Shown here one piece after another: positions 62,501 through 64,000 of a DNA stretch of 64,000 nucleotides. The position numbers and the translations under genes are program-made. Source of the DNA: Octopus bimaculoides (taxonomy: Eukaryota); the NCBI RefSeq assembly GCF_001194135.2, contig NC_068992.1, positions 55,840,751 through 55,904,750 on the forward strand, written 5' to 3'. The notes below the pieces were generated by a model that was not told the origin of the DNA, did not search any database, and saw only the letters and a list, made by a program, of their open reading frames with translations. How positions within the stretch are numbered: the stretch's first letter is position 1; each line of letters begins with the position of its first letter.

Positions 62501-63239
62501 AATCAAATTTGAATATTTTGGCAACTCCATGAGCCTAAAAGAGAAACAGATATCGAAAACTATATATTACACATATATAAGGACACATAACTGGTGCAGC
62601 AATATCAGAGGAAAGTTAACTGGGAAAATAGTTTACAATTCATTGCCCAAGACTATAGTAGAAGACACATGCCCAATCATCACCATCATCATCATTTAAT
62701 GTTCGCTTTTCCAGACAGAGTTTATGGAGACATATTTTCCACAGCTGGATGCTCTTCATGTCACTAACCCTTACCTGATCCCAAATGAATTAATATTTCC
62801 CGATGGCCTGACATGTCATTGCAGAATACTAGAAACGACACTGCTTGCATGACAGTGACACTCATTTACAATTATCATTAATGCCAAGACAAAGAGACAC
62901 AATATACACACAGAAGAGAGAAACATATATGGTAGGCCTTGGCATAGTTTTTGTCTACTAAATTCCACTTTCTCAATGTTCTCCTGAAACACCAGCCAAA
63001 TCACTCTCAAATCAGAGAAGGACACATGAAGTGATGTAGTCCTCTATATCCCTAAAAAATAGGATGGTAACATTTTTAATGCCTTCGATTGAAGGTGAAC
63101 TCAATCAGCTAAATAACAAATATATAGAAATATAACAACTGTACAGGTTTATACCAACCTTTAGAACAGAAGCGCCAACAATGCGATCAAGTGGTTTCAT
63201 CAGCTCACCATCAAGCACCAAGTCTTTTTGACCAGGAAT
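40947..63239 (-). CDS. VPS33B: Vacuolar protein sorting-associated protein 33B (Sec1/Munc18 family), multi-exon, 5'-incomplete
   Basis: 18 exons with GT-AG borders and consistent phases. Peptides are collinear with VPS33B from IPGQKDLVLDGELMKPLDRI to the C-terminus. The tail [29 protein letters not shown] matches VPS33B (GREKGYRF) rather than VPS33A. Confidence 0.93.
41572..41830 (+). mobile_element. MITE family shared with 11985-12230
   Basis: Both copies share TTCAATAAACTTGAC...AATAGTTTCAAACATGACATTC...AAAACTGCTTT..GTTAAGGGTAA. This copy ends AAAAGAGTTAA. Confidence 0.6.
42425..42538 (-). CDS. VPS33B: VPS33B coding exon: [37 protein letters not shown](G)
   Basis: TTACAG acceptor, GTGAGG donor, 114 nt, phase 1-1, Sec1 C-terminal [14 protein letters not shown] motif. 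Confidence 0.95.
43314..43407 (-). CDS. VPS33B: VPS33B coding exon: VLSRNGFTGLEDVTKLLPGETFCSIRSPIPK(G)
   Basis: GACAG acceptor, GTAAGT donor, 94 nt, phase 0-1. Confidence 0.88.
43910..44011 (-). CDS. VPS33B: VPS33B coding exon: VPKSAEDISLKSPRDMSYVFSGAYTPTSCRLVEE
   Basis: Pyrimidine tract plus AAG acceptor, GTAGGT donor, 102 nt, PRDMSYVFSGAY motif. Confidence 0.93.
44683..45065 (+). mobile_element. Full-length tRNA-derived SINE (family C)
   Basis: A-box TGGCCCAGTGG, B-box GTTTCGATTCC. Other copies at 27990-28335 (+), 49870-50265 (-), 23640-23855 (-) and 41080-41190 (-). Confidence 0.8.
45204..45368 (-). CDS. VPS33B: VPS33B coding exon: TYGFDMLPTLHNLRKLHLFMEQ...AKRSSYQALVKKLNL
   Basis: TGTAG acceptor, GTAAGT donor, 165 nt, phase 0-0. 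Confidence 0.9.
45618..46363 (+). mobile_element. Full-length CORE-like tRNA SINE (family B) with a nested second element
   Basis: tRNA-like head, CACCTTGGGCAAGTGTCTT core-like motif, internal microsatellite, conserved tail ending ACTGAAACAAGTAAAAGAATAAAAG. Family D element inserted at about 45800-46145. Confidence 0.8.
47140..47241 (-). CDS. VPS33B: VPS33B coding exon: FNCEQTLRLLCLLSLTNDGINSKHYKQLSIQFIH
   Basis: TTTCAG acceptor, GTTAGT donor, 102 nt, phase 0-0. Confidence 0.9.
47765..47985 (-). mobile_element. Second copy of the same PLE-like pLTR family
   Basis: The reverse complement aligns by eye with about 30620-30830 (AAGGATACAGGAAATGTGTCAAGGCCAACAGGAAGCGG...CTGTCACATT). Confidence 0.65.
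47926..47968 (-). ncRNA. Minimal type I hammerhead ribozyme, copy 3, in a VPS33B intron, sense orientation
   Basis: TTCAGG-CTGATGA-TGAG caatga CTCA-GAAAC-AT-GTC^-CCTGAA. Stem I is compensated relative to copies 1 and 2, and stem II is 4 bp. Confidence 0.75.
48115..48430 (-). mobile_element. SINE-like element with (GAT)n tail and internal tandem units (family D)
   Basis: GGCGTTAGGAAGGGCATCCAG...CCAACCCATGCCAGCATGGAAAGCGGACGTTAAACGATGATGAT. Copies at 41845-42100, 45800-46145, 55230-55500, 55865-56100, 57330-57490 and 61505-61660. Confidence 0.75.
48718..48782 (-). CDS. VPS33B: VPS33B coding exon: LLEGSDTKENINFIEECINRK
   Basis: TTTCAG acceptor, GTGGGT donor, 65 nt, phase 1-0. Confidence 0.88.
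51153..51233 (-). CDS. VPS33B: VPS33B coding exon: IGACEVVMARKTKSFENFEEIMQTEH(S)
   Basis: TTTTCAG acceptor, GTGAGA donor, 81 nt, phase 1-1. Confidence 0.9.
52062..52155 (-). CDS. VPS33B: VPS33B coding exon: KRHSLTTVGAMKNFVSNELKDLSHRHKTLAY(H)
   Basis: TTTCAG acceptor, GTAAGT donor, 94 nt, phase 0-1. Confidence 0.9.
52308..52725. mobile_element. piggyBac-type MITE, head-to-tail dimer
   Basis: TTAA-CCCTTTAGCATT...AATGCTAAAGGG-TTAA, with an internal repeat of the ~210-bp unit and junction near 52520-52535. Confidence 0.75.
53808..53894 (-). CDS. VPS33B: VPS33B coding exon: IYDQIRNKHFSTVFEFLSWKVKEVQSGYD
   Basis: TTTGCAG acceptor, GTGAGT donor, 87 nt, phase 0-0. Confidence 0.9.
54393..54466 (-). 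CDS. VPS33B: VPS33B coding exon: YIEFTKEITGKDKPTRVLLSSQDE
   Basis: CTAG acceptor, GTAAGT donor, 74 nt, phase 1-0. Confidence 0.88.
55678..55755 (-). CDS. VPS33B: VPS33B coding exon: VDFVTPLSSQLTYEGILDETFGIQS(G)
   Basis: TTTTAG acceptor, GTAAGT donor, 78 nt, phase 1-1, DRDVDFVTPL..QLTYEG motif. Confidence 0.93.
56337..56430 (-). CDS. VPS33B: VPS33B coding exon: KIHEMMLAMTEYHQKTEDENFEIGKLFIIDR(D)
   Basis: CTAG acceptor, GTATAT donor, 94 nt, phase 0-1. Confidence 0.88.
57104..57208 (-). CDS. VPS33B: VPS33B coding exon: HNDYTWLNTVAKSLVHFQSVYRQIPFVCGIGRAAK
   Basis: TTTCAG acceptor, GTAAAT donor, 105 nt, phase 0-0. Confidence 0.9.
58027..58145 (-). CDS. VPS33B: VPS33B coding exon, 5' part lost in N-gap: EREGVYGYVTVEEFILDLIPLDRDVLSLELSDFLPRFYL
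   Basis: Open frame emerging from the gap at 58146, GTAAGT donor, LIPLDxDVLSLE Sec1-family motif. Confidence 0.88.
58726..59511 (+). mobile_element. Tc1/mariner (maT/DD37D-like) internally deleted, non-autonomous element
   Basis: ATG at 58798, HTH fragment fused to VPRVIKIKHPVNIMLFGVITSDG...RPYVWQQYSVPCHTS...NSSDCN/ETNKTPC...EANGDFIE* (stop 59386). Right TIR ends CACCGCACCCTG followed by TA at 59510-59511; the left TIR presumably lies in the N-gap. Confidence 0.85.
61758..61875 (-). CDS. VPS33B: VPS33B coding exon: RLYIVRPRIEMMEHIARQINCERSLEQKRTYRILMTPRK
   Basis: TTCAG acceptor, GTAAGT donor, 118 nt, phase 2-0. Confidence 0.9.
62470..62534 (-). CDS. VPS33B: VPS33B coding exon: AHGVAKIFKFDFTQKALPGCN(Q)
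   Basis: CTCTTTTAG acceptor, GTAAAT donor, 65 nt, phase 0-2. Confidence 0.85.
63159..63239 (-). CDS. VPS33B: VPS33B coding exon: IPGQKDLVLDGELMKPLDRIVGASVLK
   Basis: TTAG acceptor, GTTGGT donor, 81 nt, phase 0-0. Confidence 0.9.
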
Positions 63240-63844
63240 CTAAATTTTAATTCAAAAAATAGAATTCAAATGAAATGATATTTTGAAAAATTATTTTAAT
63301 GTAATAAAGAAATAATATAAATGTAGATCTGATGTGCATTCGTAGATTTGTATGTGTGTGTTTGTGTGTGTGCACACACACATATATACATAGTTGCAGG
63401 TATGGCTGTATAGTAAGAAATTTGCTTCCCAACCACATGGTTCCAGGTTCAGTCCCATTCTGTGGTATCTTAGGCAAGAGTCTTTCACCATAGTCCTGGG
63501 TCAAACTAGAGCCCTGAAAGTGGATTTGGTAGAGAGAAACTGAAAGAAGCCCATCATGTATTTATGCGTGTGTGTGTGTGTGTGCGCGCGCGCGCCTATA
63601 TGTATGTGTACGTGTCTTCTTGTTTGTGCATGACCCCTACAACAGCTTGACAGCCAGTGATGGTTTGTTTACAGTCCTGCGCATTGGCAGTTCGGCAGAA
63701 AGAGACCGATAAAATAAGTACCTGGTTTGAAAACAAAATAAGTATTGGAATCGATTTGTTCAACTAAAATCTTCGAGGCCATGCTGTAGCATGGCCTCAG
63801 TCAAAGGACTGAAACAAGCTAATGATAAAAGAAAGATATATATG

Positions 63845-63879
<35 letters not shown>

Positions 63880-64000
63880 GGTATGTTTTGACGCTGATTA
63901 AGACTGAGATAAAATAGACACGAGGGGCGGTGTGCATACTAACTACAAATGCGATAGGTTCTTACGTGATATAGTGGATGTTGTATATGTCAACAACGAC

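Noticed and set aside
1-64000. CRISPR arrays, rRNA, prokaryotic operons or defence systems
   Set aside because: The DNA is eukaryotic. No repeat-spacer array or rRNA-like sequence was seen, and the tandem repeats have identical units with no spacers.

Overview
Eukaryotic, AT-rich and microsatellite-rich genomic DNA with scaffold gaps. The SINE families, (AT)n/(GT)n density and RTE/Penelope remnants point to an octopus (inference). Two protein-coding genes are well supported, and they converge. (1) An intronless 943-aa WDR27 ORF (+, 32913-35744) with an RFX X-box about 135 bp upstream of the ATG. (2) VPS33B (-), which I rebuilt by hand as 18 phase-consistent coding exons between 63239 and 40947. 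One of these exons runs into an N-gap and the first coding exon lies beyond the window. The remainder is tRNA-derived SINEs, MITEs and decayed Tc1/mariner, hAT, Helitron, RTE, CRE-like and Penelope-like (PLE) elements. Almost all short ORFs in the supplied track are microsatellite or repeat artefacts. The most striking unannotated signal is a family of minimal type I hammerhead ribozymes with an intact core. Two copies form the arms of a ~110-bp inverted repeat (30374-30711), and a third lies in sense orientation in a VPS33B intron (47926-47968). The copies show compensatory changes in stem I and in the palindromic stem III.
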